Positions 1 through 9,262 of a stretch of 64,000 nt of DNA are shown here, in pieces (the stretch's first letter is position 1; the number at the start of each line of letters is the position of its first letter). Source of the stretch: Myxococcota bacterium (GTDB lineage: Bacteria; Myxococcota_A; UBA796; UBA2385); contig JBIJDH010000001.1 of NCBI GenBank assembly GCA_044344255.1, forward strand, positions 352,001 through 416,000, given 5' to 3'. The notes below the pieces were generated by a model. It was not told the origin of the DNA and did no database searches. It was given only the letters and a program-made list of their open reading frames with translations. Made by a program: the position numbers and the translations under genes.

Positions 1-7
1 ACGCCCG

Positions 8-382
8 TTATGGGATGACCACCGGGCCGCCCGCCGCCCGCCAGGCCTTCCAGCCGCCCGCGAGCGAGGCGACGCTGCGGAAGCCCATCTGCTGGAGAGA
101 GTCTGCGGAGAGCGCGCTGCGAAAGCCGCCGCCGCAGTAGAGGACGAGCTCCCGGTCGAGCTCGGGGACCAGCGCCTCGATGTCCCGCTCGAGGACGCCC
201 CGGCCGAGGTAGCGGGCCCCCTCGATGTGGCCGGCGGCCCACTCGCTCTCCTCCCGGACGTCGAGCACGAGCGGACCCGCCCCCTCCTCCGCGCGGCGCA
301 GGAGGAGGTCTTCGACGGTGACCTCCCGCACGCGGGCCTTGGCGGCGTCGACGAGGCGGAGGAAGGCGGGGCTGTGGTTCAT
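8..382 (-). CDS. Rhodanese-like domain protein
   Basis: LDVREESEW-AGHIEGA and active-site loop YCGGGFRS; SLAGGWKAW C-terminal motif. Confidence 0.9.
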   Translation of the reverse strand: MNHSPAFLRLVDAAKARVREVTVEDLLLRRAEEGAGPLVLDVREESEWAAGHIEGARYLGRGVLERDIEALVPELDRELVLYCGGGFRSALSADSLQQMGFRSVASLAGGWKAWRAAGGPVVIP

Positions 383-2869
383 CGGTTGGTCTCCACGGGG
401 CTGGGCTCCACGGGGCTCTGCTCGGTATTCCTGTTCTCGGTCCCTGGAGCCGAGCTTGGAGACGGCGTGTCCGACCGGCCGGGGCCACGGTTGGAGCGGC
501 GGACGACGTCCTCGAGCTGATCAAGGGCCCCACAGACCCGCCCGAAGAGCGTGGCGGGATCGGCCTCGTCGGCGCGGCCCGCCGGCAGATCACAGAGCAG
601 CGCGAGGGCCTCCTCCACGCGCTCCACCGCCCAGACGTGGAAGAGACCCGCGGCGCAGGCCTCGACCACCACTTCGTCGAGGCAGAGGTCGGCGGCGTTC
701 TGCTTGGGGATGATGACCCCCTGCTCGCCGGTGAGCCCCCGCGCGGCGCAGAGCCGGAAGAACCCCTCGATCTTCTCGTTGACGCCGCCGATCGGCTGGA
801 TGAGGCCGAGCTGATCCACGCTGCCGGTGACCGCCCGCCCCTGGAGCACGGGCACAGTGGCCACCGCGCTCAAGAGCACGCAGAGCTCCGCCATGCTGGC
901 GCTGTCCCCATCGATCTTGCCGTAGTGCTGCTCGACGGAGAGGCTGGCGTTGAGGGCCAGCGTGCGGGTGCGCCCGAAGCGGCCGAGGAGGAAGCCCGAG
1001 AGCACCTGCACCCCCTTGTGGTGGATGCGCCCCGAGAGGCCCACCTGGCGCTCGATGCTCACCACGCCCCCACGGCCGGCCCCCGCCGTCGCGGTGATCC
1101 GCAGCGGGCGCCCAAAGTCGTGCCCGCCGGCATGATAGACCGCGAGGCCGTTGACCTGTCCCACCACGGCGCCGTCGGTGCGGACGTGGATGAGGTCTTT
1201 GATCAGCGCCTCTCGGGACCGCCGCTCGGCCCCGCCCTGCCGCTCGGCCCGGAATTGGAGGGCCCGCCCGACGTCCTCCCGGGTGACGAGGGGGCCGGCC
1301 GCGAGGAAGTCGGCCTCGCGCGCGAGGTCGGAGAGGGCGCCCATCGCGAGGCGGATGTGGCCGCTCTGTCCGCCCTCACGCACCGCCCACTCGATGATCG
1401 CCGCGACCGCGTCTCGCCGCAGGGGGCGCTGCTTCTCCCGCACGTTGATGCGGGCCAGGACGGCGGCGATACGAAGCGGGGTGTCGGGGCCGAGCTCGCC
1501 GTCCTCGTCAACCTCCGCCTTGATCTTGAAGATGCTCGGGAAGTCGGGGTCCGTGTTGAAGAGGATGGCGTGGGTGAGGTCGTCGCCGATGAGCACGACC
1601 TTGACGTCCAGCGGGATGGGATCGGGGCGGAGCACGGCGACCACACCGGGGGCGGTCTCGAGGTTCTGCAGACCAAGCTCACCGAACACCATCGCCCGCT
1701 TCAGGGTCTTCCATGAGCCGGACTCCATCAGCAGGTCTGCCGCGTGGAGGACGAGGAAGCCGCCGTCGGCGTCGTGGAGGGCCCCTGCGCGGAGGTGGGT
1801 GTGGTCCGCGGGGCGGCCCTGCGCGCCGTCGTGCGCGATGCCCCCGAACAAGTTCATGAAGGTGGGATCGGGCACCACGACGATGGGGGCCTGTCGGCCT
1901 CGCCCGCCGCGGTGAAGCAAATTGACATGAAAAGCGCCGAGGATCTCAGGCGCCGGCTCGCCGTCTCGCCCGGGCTCCTCATCGGCGGACAGCCGCCCGT
2001 CGCGGAAGGCGTCGAGCTGCTCCCCCACCGCCTCATGGAGCTCACGCAGCCAGGCGCGGGCCGCCTTGACCTTCTCCCCGACGTCGGCGAAGAGCGGCGA
2101 GGTCTCGGCGAGCACCGCCCGCTTCTCCTCCGCCCCCACATCGCGTGTGGCCTGCATCGCGAGGCGCCGCGCGCCGCTGATCACACGGGCGAGGTGGTCT
2201 TCGAGGAGGTTGAAGCCGGCCTCGATCTCCTCGATCGGCCGATCGAGCTTGCCCTCGTGCGCGAGGAGGTAGACCTCGGGGCGCGTCTTGGGCTCCTCCT
2301 TGAGCATCAGCACGATGGTGGGGGAGGCGTCCTCCCCCTCCCCCTCCTCGCCCACCGCGAAGCCCTGCTCCTTCACCCGCTCCTGGAGCTCGATGAGCGG
2401 GTGGCGCTGGGCCTTCTCCATCTCGCGGAGGATCTGGTCCCGCCGCTGTCGCACGGGCTCGGAGTCGAGGATGCGGGGGATCTCGTCAAAGAGGAGGTTC
2501 AGGAGCTCGGTGACCGCCTTGCGGAGGACCAGGCCGGCGCCCGCGGGGAGCTCGAGCAGCTGTGGGCGGGAGGGGTCCCCGAGGTTGCGGACATAGGCGA
2601 AGTCTCGCCGACGACGGCGCTGCGGGGCGAGGTCTCGCAGGATTCGCTCAATGGTGTGCAGGCGCCCGCCGCTGTTGAGCCCGGAGACGAAGAGGTTGTA
2701 GCCGGGGCGCTCCATCGCCACCCCCTGCGCGATGGCCCGCAGCGCGGCGTCTTGCCCGACGATCGTGTGAGAGGGCGCGATCTCACGGGTGTCGGCGAAG
2801 GGCAGCCCACCCTCGGGGACGCGCCAGCGGAGCTTCTCGGCAGGCAGGGACAAGGCCAGCGAGGACATG
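379..2869 (-). CDS. Lon-family (S16) protease, LonC/YcbZ-like
   Basis: IVGQDAA, LRAGALHDADGGFL, Ser-Lys dyad motifs IDGDSAS and IGGVNEKIEGFF; start placed at ATG 2869 (MSSLALS), ORF is open to 3033. Confidence 0.85.
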
Positions 2870-3026
2870 CCGCGCTCAGGCAGGGGAAAGACCAACTCGG
2901 GCACGGCGCCTCCGGAGGCGCCCCCTATCGCGGAGCGCGGTCCACCGGCGGCGGAACCCACTTCGCGGACTGTGATAGGCTCCACGCGACAGGTCGTGAA
3001 GGGTCGGGGCCTCACATGGGGAGCGG

Positions 3027-3533
3027 ATGACACCTTCTTCTGGGGACTCCCCTGCCGCTGGGATCACCGCGCAGGGTCGCGCGACGGGTGAGGATGAGGA
3101 GGCCGCGCCGCGCCCGGTGTCCTGGCGCGTGCTGGTGGTGGACGACGAGCCCGACGTCCGCGAGGTGCTCGCTGACTTCCTGGTCGCGATCGGGCACACC
3201 GTCCGCGCTGTGCCCAGCGGCCGCGAGGCGCTCGACCACCTCGCCCTGGGGGTCCATCCTCCGTACGACCTCGCGCTGGTAGACTGGCACATGCCCGGCA
3301 TCGGCGGCCGGGACGTCGCCCAGGGCATCCGCGACCTCGCCCCGACCACCCGCGTCCTGCTGACCACCGGAGAGCTGACCGAGAGCATTCGGGGCGGCAA
3401 AGAAGGGAAGTGCTGGGTTGACGTGGTTCGAAAACCGTACTCGCTAAGAGACCTTCGAGACCGCATGGCGAAGGCGATGGTGGAGCCCCCGTCGCCCGCC
3501 CCGCCCCTCCCCGACGGCTCCGCACCTCGGTGA
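3027..3533 (+). CDS. Single-domain response regulator (receiver)
   Basis: VLVVDDE, ALVDWHMPG, LLTTG, RKPY receiver motifs; start uncertain. Confidence 0.85.
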   Translation: MTPSSGDSPAAGITAQGRATGEDEEAAPRPVSWRVLVVDDEPDVREVLADFLVAIGHTVRAVPSGREALDHLALGVHPPYDLALVDWHMPGIGGRDVAQGIRDLAPTTRVLLTTGELTESIRGGKEGKCWVDVVRKPYSLRDLRDRMAKAMVEPPSPAPPLPDGSAPR

Positions 3534-3554
3534 CAACTGGAGACGCAATTCTGC

Positions 3555-3583
3555 TTGCCAGCTCACCTGAAGCGGTCTAAGAT
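3555..3583 (+). promoter_or_regulatory. Sigma70-type promoter
   Basis: TTGCCA (3555-3560), 17-bp spacer, TAAGAT (3578-3583) in an AT-rich patch. Confidence 0.65.
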
Positions 3584-3589
3584 AAAAAC

Positions 3590-3873
3590 ATCAGAGGACG
3601 GTCGCTCCCGCACCGCCTTCGACCCGCTCTAACGAACACTCCAGCAGCTCCTCCTCTTCGTGGCCTTCGGGCTCACGCGGCGCGAGAGGGCTCGGATCCC
3701 GGAATATAGTCTCCCCCGCCGGACACCACCTGGCAATCGTCTCAGCGTCTCCTCCATCTTCAATGCGGTGAGGGCCGTTTGGGGGGGACTCTATTCCGGG
3801 GTTTTCGTTTGTTCGTCCTGAGTCGCCGGAGCCCCCGACCACACCCTTCAGGGTGTCGCAGTCGGGGGTTTTT
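3590..3873 (+). ncRNA. Putative structured small RNA, family not recognised
   Basis: Promoter upstream, terminator downstream, no credible ORF; long stem 3698-3717/3781-3800, cUUCGg hairpin 3660-3676, C-rich loops. Confidence 0.55.
3832..3873 (+). terminator. Rho-independent terminator
   Basis: CCCCCGAC..ACACCC-TTCA-GGGTGT..GTCGGGGG followed by TTTTT. Confidence 0.8.
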
Positions 3874-4357
3874 GCTTGGGAGATCCTTCCTCTCCTGTCG
3901 GCTGGGCTCCACCCGGCGGCGGCGCTCCACCCGGCGGCGGCGCTCCACCCGGCGGCGGCGCTCCACCCGGCGGCGGCCCGACGCCTCCACCGCGCTGCCC
4001 AGGGCCGCCCTCCTCTTTCAGGAGCTCCCGGTGCAGGTGGGGACGACCGACCAGCACCCGGCAGCGCTCCTCGAGCGTCTTCTCCTGGATGCGGTCGCAG
4101 TACTGGTAGGAGCTGGGATCGACCTCCCGGGTGACCGTGAGCCAGATGAAGTCGCGGACCAGAGGGTCGCTCACGTGGGACTCCACCGCGCGGACGCCGG
4201 CCTTGGGATCGCCGCGAAAGAGCTCCGGCGCGGCGCTGACCCAGCACTCATCGGCCGACTTACCGGGAGACATCGCCTCACAGTCGGCGGCGCTCGGGGT
4301 GCCGGCGGTGCCGCCGCAGGCGGAGAGCAGGAGAAGGACGAGGGAGTGCTGGCGCAC
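3848..4357 (-). CDS. Hypothetical Cys-containing lipoprotein with Pro/Gly-rich tail
   Basis: Lipobox LLSAC; four further Cys; PPPGGA repeats. Confidence 0.7.
   Translation of the reverse strand: MRQHSLVLLLLSACGGTAGTPSAADCEAMSPGKSADECWVSAAPELFRGDPKAGVRAVESHVSDPLVRDFIWLTVTREVDPSSYQYCDRIQEKTLEERCRVLVGRPHLHRELLKEEGGPGQRGGGVGPPPGGAPPPGGAPPPGGAPPPGGAQPTGEEGSPKQKPPTATP
3906..3977. repeat. 18-bp tandem repeat x4 (encodes PPPGGA)
   Basis: CTCCACCCGGCGGCGGCG repeated. Confidence 0.9.
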
Positions 4358-4477
4358 GCATCACCGGCGGGTGGGGAGGGCGGGGTCGCGGCAGGGGGAT
4401 GGCGCCGCAGGGCAGCTTGCACCGGTGCGCGAGAGGGGGCAAGCGGCGCGTCTCCCCCAGCGGAATAGGAGCGGCGG

Positions 4478-5314
4478 ATGCTGCCCTCACCCTTGACCCG
4501 CGATGCCCCTCGGTCCGCTCCGCCCGCGCTGATGCTGCTGGTCGGCCTCCTCGGCTGCTCCCGCCGCCTGGAGCTCTCGGAGGAGGTCCCGAAGGCAGAT
4601 CCCACCTCCGCCTGGCGCGAGGTGTTGGAGGCGGCCATCCAGCCCGAAGGCCTGAGCTACGCCCACGTCGAGGCCCACCGGGCCGAGCTCCAGCGCTACC
4701 TCGCCTGGGTGGGCGAGCACGGGCCCATCACCGACGGCTACAAGGAGTCGGCGGAGGACAAGCGGATCAGCTTCCTGGTCAACGCCTACAACGCCTGGGT
4801 CATCGAGGCCGTGCTCCAGAACGCGCCCCTCACGAGCGTCCAGGACCTCTCTTTCGCGCCCTGGAGCCTCAAGCCGGGGATGAGCTTCTTCCTCGGGCAG
4901 CAGATCCGCGTCGATTCGAACAACACCACCTTGTACCGCCTCGAGCGTCACTCCATCGTCAGCCGCTACCAGGAGCCGCTGCTGCACGTCGCGCTCAACT
5001 GCGCGAGCCGCGGCTGTCCGCCCCTGCGCTGGTGGCCCGAGTCCGGCCTCCAAGCCACTTTGCAGGCGAGTATCCGGGCCTGGCTCGCCACCGAGACCGG
5101 CATGCAGCCCATGGGCGACGGCTACGGGGTGAGCGAGATCTTCTTCTGGTACGAGGATGACTTCCTCGACTGGACCGACGCCCGGGATCTCTGCGAATTC
5201 CTCGCCCCCTACACCAAGGGAGAGCGGCACGAGTGGCTGGCCCGAAACAGCGAAGACTGCCCGCTGCAGCGGATCCCCTACGACTGGTCGCTGAACGTTG
5301 CCCCCGCGGACTGA
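4478..5314 (+). CDS. DUF547-type lipoprotein
   Basis: FLVNAYNAWVI, LHVALNCASRGCPPL, SEIFFWYEDDF, YDWSLN; lipobox LLGC. Confidence 0.85.
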   Translation: MLPSPLTRDAPRSAPPALMLLVGLLGCSRRLELSEEVPKADPTSAWREVLEAAIQPEGLSYAHVEAHRAELQRYLAWVGEHGPITDGYKESAEDKRISFLVNAYNAWVIEAVLQNAPLTSVQDLSFAPWSLKPGMSFFLGQQIRVDSNNTTLYRLERHSIVSRYQEPLLHVALNCASRGCPPLRWWPESGLQATLQASIRAWLATETGMQPMGDGYGVSEIFFWYEDDFLDWTDARDLCEFLAPYTKGERHEWLARNSEDCPLQRIPYDWSLNVAPAD

Positions 5315-5419
5315 TCTCTGCCCGGCCGCTTCGCCGCCGATCGACCTTCCCCCCCAGCCGAGTTAGAGCGCGACCCCCGCCGCCCCTCGCGAGAGGGTCG
5401 GCCGCCCGAGGGAGGGCCC

Positions 5420-6394
5420 ATGGCCGACATCAAGCAGCCCGAGCTCACCTCCAGCGACCGCCCCAAGGCGGGCCCGCGGCCCCCGAAGCCGCCCTGGTTG
5501 AAGGTCAAGATGCCCTCCGGCGAGCGCTATGCCGGCATCAAGGGCCGAGCCCGCGCGCTGGGCCTGCACACCGTCTGTGAAGAGGCGAAGTGCCCGAACA
5601 TCGGCGAGTGCTGGGGCGGCGGCACCGCGACCTTCATGGTGATGGGCGGGATCTGCACGCGCGGCTGCCGCTTCTGCGCCGTCGACACCCGGCGCACCGG
5701 GATGCCGCTCGATCCCGCCGAGCCCGCCAACGTCGCGGCGGCGATCGCCGAGATGGGCCTCGACTACGTGGTGGTCACGAGCGTGGACCGCGATGACCTC
5801 GAAGACCAGGGCTCCGGCCACTTCGCCGCCTGCATCCAGACGATCCGCGCCCAGAACCCCCACACCCTCGTCGAGGTGCTCATCCCCGACTTCCGCGGAG
5901 ATGAGGCCCTGATCGCGCGGGTGGTGGCCGCCCGCCCCGACGTGCTGGCCCACAACGTCGAGTGTGTGGAGCGCCTCACCCCCACCGTGCGCGACCCCCG
6001 GGCCGGCTACGCCCAGAGCCTCGCCGTGCTGGCGGCGGTCAAGCGGCAGGACCCCGAGCGCCTCACAAAGTCGAGCATCATGGTGGGCGTGGGGGAGACC
6101 GAGGCCGAGGTGGTGGAGACGATGCGCGCGCTCCGTGCGGTCGGCTGCGACTTCCTGACCATCGGCCAGTACCTCCAGCCCACGCAGAAGCACCTCGCCG
6201 TGACCGAGTTCATCCCCCCCGAGCAGTTCGACCGCTACCGCGACATCGGCGTCGAGCTCGGCTTCGCGTATGTGGCCAGCGGTCCGCTCGTCCGCAGCTC
6301 CTATCGGGCCGGCGAATTCTTCATCCGCCAGCACCTCCGCAGCGCGGCCGGCCCGCTGCCCACCGACGCGGCGCCCCTCGAGGACTCTCCGTGA
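5420..6394 (+). CDS. lipA: Lipoyl synthase
   Basis: CEEAKCPNIGEC, CTRGCRFC radical-SAM motif, GPLVRSSY. Confidence 0.97.
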   Translation: MADIKQPELTSSDRPKAGPRPPKPPWLKVKMPSGERYAGIKGRARALGLHTVCEEAKCPNIGECWGGGTATFMVMGGICTRGCRFCAVDTRRTGMPLDPAEPANVAAAIAEMGLDYVVVTSVDRDDLEDQGSGHFAACIQTIRAQNPHTLVEVLIPDFRGDEALIARVVAARPDVLAHNVECVERLTPTVRDPRAGYAQSLAVLAAVKRQDPERLTKSSIMVGVGETEAEVVETMRALRAVGCDFLTIGQYLQPTQKHLAVTEFIPPEQFDRYRDIGVELGFAYVASGPLVRSSYRAGEFFIRQHLRSAAGPLPTDAAPLEDSP

Positions 6395-7257
6395 ACCACG
6401 CCCCGACTCCACCCGTGAACACGCTCCTCCCCGCGGCGCTGCGGGCGCTCCTCACCGATGACCCGCGGGTGCACCTGCTCGGCGAAGCGGTAGACCTCTC
6501 CCCGGCCACCGCGGGGCTGCGCGCCGCCTTCCCGGGGCGGGTGCACCTCCTCCCCGCCGCCGACGCGACCCTGACGGGGATCGCCGTCGGCATGGCCTTC
6601 GGCGGCGCGCGACCGATCGTCGAGCTCTCGGGCCCCGCCTCGATCTGGGGGGCCCTGCAGCAGCTCGGGCAAGAGGCGGCGCCCGCCCGCCGCGCCGGCG
6701 AGTTTCGCTGCGGGGTCGTGCTGCGCGTCCCCGTGGGCCCAGGGGAGCCCCTCCCGCTCGACCTCCTCGCCGGGGTGCCTGAGCTCGGGGTGGCCGTGGC
6801 CTCCTCCGCCCAGGACGCGGTGGACCTCCTCCGCTCCGCCCTCGCGGGTGACCAGCCGGTGGTGATCTTCGAGCCGGCGATGGCCCTCGCCCGCCCCGCC
6901 GCCGCGGGCACCCCGGCGCGCAGCATCGGTGCGGCTCGCCTCGCTCGCGAGGGTGACCGCGCGACGCTGCTCGCCCACGGCGACGGCGTCGCGGTGGCCC
7001 TCGCCGCCGCGGAGCGCCTCGCCGGAGAGGGCGTGGAGATCGAGGTGCTCGACCTCGGGAGCCTCCAGCCCCTCGACCGGGCGGCCCTCTCGGAGCGGGT
7101 GCAGCGGACCGGCCGCGCCCTCGTCGTCGGCGGCCCCCTCGGGCTGCTCTCCACCGTCACCGAGCTCGCCTTCCTCCGCCTCGAGGCCCCGCCGGTCGTG
7201 GTCCCGGCCGAGCTCGAGGCCGTCACCGCCGCCCTCCGGCTGGCCCTGAGTTTCTGA
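6391..7257 (+). CDS. Degenerate 2-oxoacid dehydrogenase E1 beta-like protein
   Basis: DPRVHLLGE, GIAVGMAFGGARPIVEL, EVLDLGSLQPLD..VQRTGR; GTG overlaps lipA stop; catalytic motifs altered. Confidence 0.75.
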   Translation: MNHAPTPPVNTLLPAALRALLTDDPRVHLLGEAVDLSPATAGLRAAFPGRVHLLPAADATLTGIAVGMAFGGARPIVELSGPASIWGALQQLGQEAAPARRAGEFRCGVVLRVPVGPGEPLPLDLLAGVPELGVAVASSAQDAVDLLRSALAGDQPVVIFEPAMALARPAAAGTPARSIGAARLAREGDRATLLAHGDGVAVALAAAERLAGEGVEIEVLDLGSLQPLDRAALSERVQRTGRALVVGGPLGLLSTVTELAFLRLEAPPVVVPAELEAVTAALRLALSF

Positions 7258-7293
7258 ACCCCCGCGCCGCCCGGCGGCCAGGAGCGAGAGCCC

Positions 7294-8610
7294 ATGTTTG
7301 TGTTCGTGCTGCCCGAGATCGGAGAGGGCGTCGTCGAAGGCGAGATCGTGAAGTGGCTCGTCGTCGAGGGAGACACGATCCGTAAGGATCAGCCCGTCGC
7401 CGAGGTGATGACCGACAAGGCCACCGTGGAGATCACCTCCCCCCGCGCAGGCCGCATCAGCCGCCGTCACGGGAGCGAGGGCACGATCATCAAGGTGCAC
7501 ACCCCGCTGGTCGACATCGAGGAGGGGGCCGGCGCCGCGCCCGCCCCGGCCGCCCATGCGCCGAAGGCCGCTCCCGCCGCCCCGGCTCCGGCCCCAAAGG
7601 CCGCGCCGGTCGCCGTCCCCGTGAAGGCGCCGGTCGCCGCGCCCGCCGGGTTGGCCGCGCCGGTCGCCGCCCCGGTGAAGGCGCCGGTCGCCTCGCTGCC
7701 GGTCGCCGAGCCCGCCGCCCGCAGCGGCGCCAAGACCCTCGCCACCCCCGCCGTGCGCTCGCACGCCCGCTCGGCCGACGTCGACATCGCCGAGGTGCCC
7801 GGCTCTGGCAAGGGCGGGCGGGTCACCCACCAGGACATCGAGGCCTTCGTCGCCCACCCCGCTGAGGTCAAGGCCCCGCCGGCCGTGCAGGCGCCGGCCC
7901 CCGTCCAGGGCGACGAGCGGGTGCGCATCATCGGGCTCCGCCGGAAGATCGCCGAGAAGATGGTGCAGTCCTACCAGAGCGTCCCCCACTTCTGCTACGT
8001 GGACGAGGTCGACTGCACGAACCTCTACGCGCTGCGGAAGGAGCTCGCCCCGCTGGCCGAGCAGGGCGGGGTGAAGCTCACCTACATCCCCTTCATCATC
8101 AAGGCGCTCTGCAAGGTCTTCCGGGAGTTCCCCACCGTCAACGCGGTGATGGACGAGGCCGCCTTCGAGCTCGTGCTGCGGAGCCAGGTCAACATCGGCA
8201 TCGCCACCGACTCCCCGGCCGGCCTCTACGTGCCGGTGGTCAAGGACTGCGCGAACAAGAGCATCCTCGAGCTCGCCGCGGAGATCGCCGACCTCTCGCT
8301 GCGCACCCGCCAGGGGAAGGTCTCCCTCGCCGAGCTGCAGGGCGGCAGCTTCACCATCACCTCGGTGGGCAACATCGGCGGGCGCTTCGCGACCCCGATC
8401 ATCAACTCGCCCGAGGTGGCCATCCTCGGCGTGAACCAGATCCACGACCGGCCGATGGCCATCGACGGGGCCGTGGTCATCCGCAAGATGATGTACCTGT
8501 CCCCCTCCTTTGACCACCGCGTCATCGACGGCGCCGTGGCCGCCCGCTTCGTCTCCGCCCTCAAGGCCGTGCTCGAGCAGCCCACCCAGCTCCTCCTGGA
8601 GCTCCGGTGA
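7294..8610 (+). CDS. Dihydrolipoamide acyltransferase (E2)
   Basis: Lipoyl motif MTDKA, Ala/Pro linker, ATPAVR..GSGKGGRV binding domain, SFDHRVIDGA catalytic motif. Confidence 0.95.
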   Translation: MFVFVLPEIGEGVVEGEIVKWLVVEGDTIRKDQPVAEVMTDKATVEITSPRAGRISRRHGSEGTIIKVHTPLVDIEEGAGAAPAPAAHAPKAAPAAPAPAPKAAPVAVPVKAPVAAPAGLAAPVAAPVKAPVASLPVAEPAARSGAKTLATPAVRSHARSADVDIAEVPGSGKGGRVTHQDIEAFVAHPAEVKAPPAVQAPAPVQGDERVRIIGLRRKIAEKMVQSYQSVPHFCYVDEVDCTNLYALRKELAPLAEQGGVKLTYIPFIIKALCKVFREFPTVNAVMDEAAFELVLRSQVNIGIATDSPAGLYVPVVKDCANKSILELAAEIADLSLRTRQGKVSLAELQGGSFTITSVGNIGGRFATPIINSPEVAILGVNQIHDRPMAIDGAVVIRKMMYLSPSFDHRVIDGAVAARFVSALKAVLEQPTQLLLELR

Positions 8611-9209
8611 CCGCCCCGGCCGCAGGCCCCCTCGCCGCCCTGCTGGAGGCGGAGGGGCGGCTGAACGCGCTCGGTCCTCTGCCCTTCCCGCTGCCGCTCG
8701 GGCGGACGGCGCCGGTGGTGGCGGGCGCCTTCACCGGCATGGGGCGCGGCGACTGGGCGGTGACCGGCCCCCGGGAGCGCATCGGCGCCGTCCTCCGCGG
8801 CTGCGGGGTGGAGCGCCTGCTCGACCCCGCCGCGGGGGCCCGGCCCTACAAGCTGCTCCCCGTCTCCGCCGCGCCGGGTAACCGGGCGCTACACGCGGTA
8901 GGCTTGGCGATCCAGAGCGGCGGCCCCGTGCTCTGCATGCTCGGCCTCGCCTCCGCGGCCTCGGGTGCGCTCCACGAGGCCCTGAACAGCGCCGCGCTCT
9001 CCGGCGCCCGAGTGGTCTTCGTGCTGACGGTGATGGAGCTCGGAGATGACGCGCCGATCGGCCCGCAGCTCGCCGCCTCCCCCGCCGCCCTCGCCGCGGC
9101 CTACGGCCTCCCGGCCGAGGTCGTAGAGGGGACGGTCGAGGCCGTGGCCGCCGCGGTCTCCGTCGCCCGCCTGCGCACCACCGCCAGCCTGATCGTCGCT
9201 CGCATTTAG
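8607..9209 (+). CDS. Short degenerate E1 alpha-like protein
   Basis: DWAVTGPRE..LRG, HAVGLA, GALHEALNSAAL..VVFV resemble E1 alpha; GDG motif replaced by GLA; 200 aa. Confidence 0.7.
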   Translation: MTAPAAGPLAALLEAEGRLNALGPLPFPLPLGRTAPVVAGAFTGMGRGDWAVTGPRERIGAVLRGCGVERLLDPAAGARPYKLLPVSAAPGNRALHAVGLAIQSGGPVLCMLGLASAASGALHEALNSAALSGARVVFVLTVMELGDDAPIGPQLAASPAALAAAYGLPAEVVEGTVEAVAAAVSVARLRTTASLIVARI

Positions 9210-9262
9210 AACATATCCGGCGTTACACGCCTGTTACTCATATAAATCTATCGAGGATCATC

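Noticed and set aside
3590..3873. tmRNA, RNase P, SRP RNA or retron msr-msd
   Set aside because: No tRNA-like ends, no GAGGAAAGUCC, no SRP domain IV motif, no adjacent RT.
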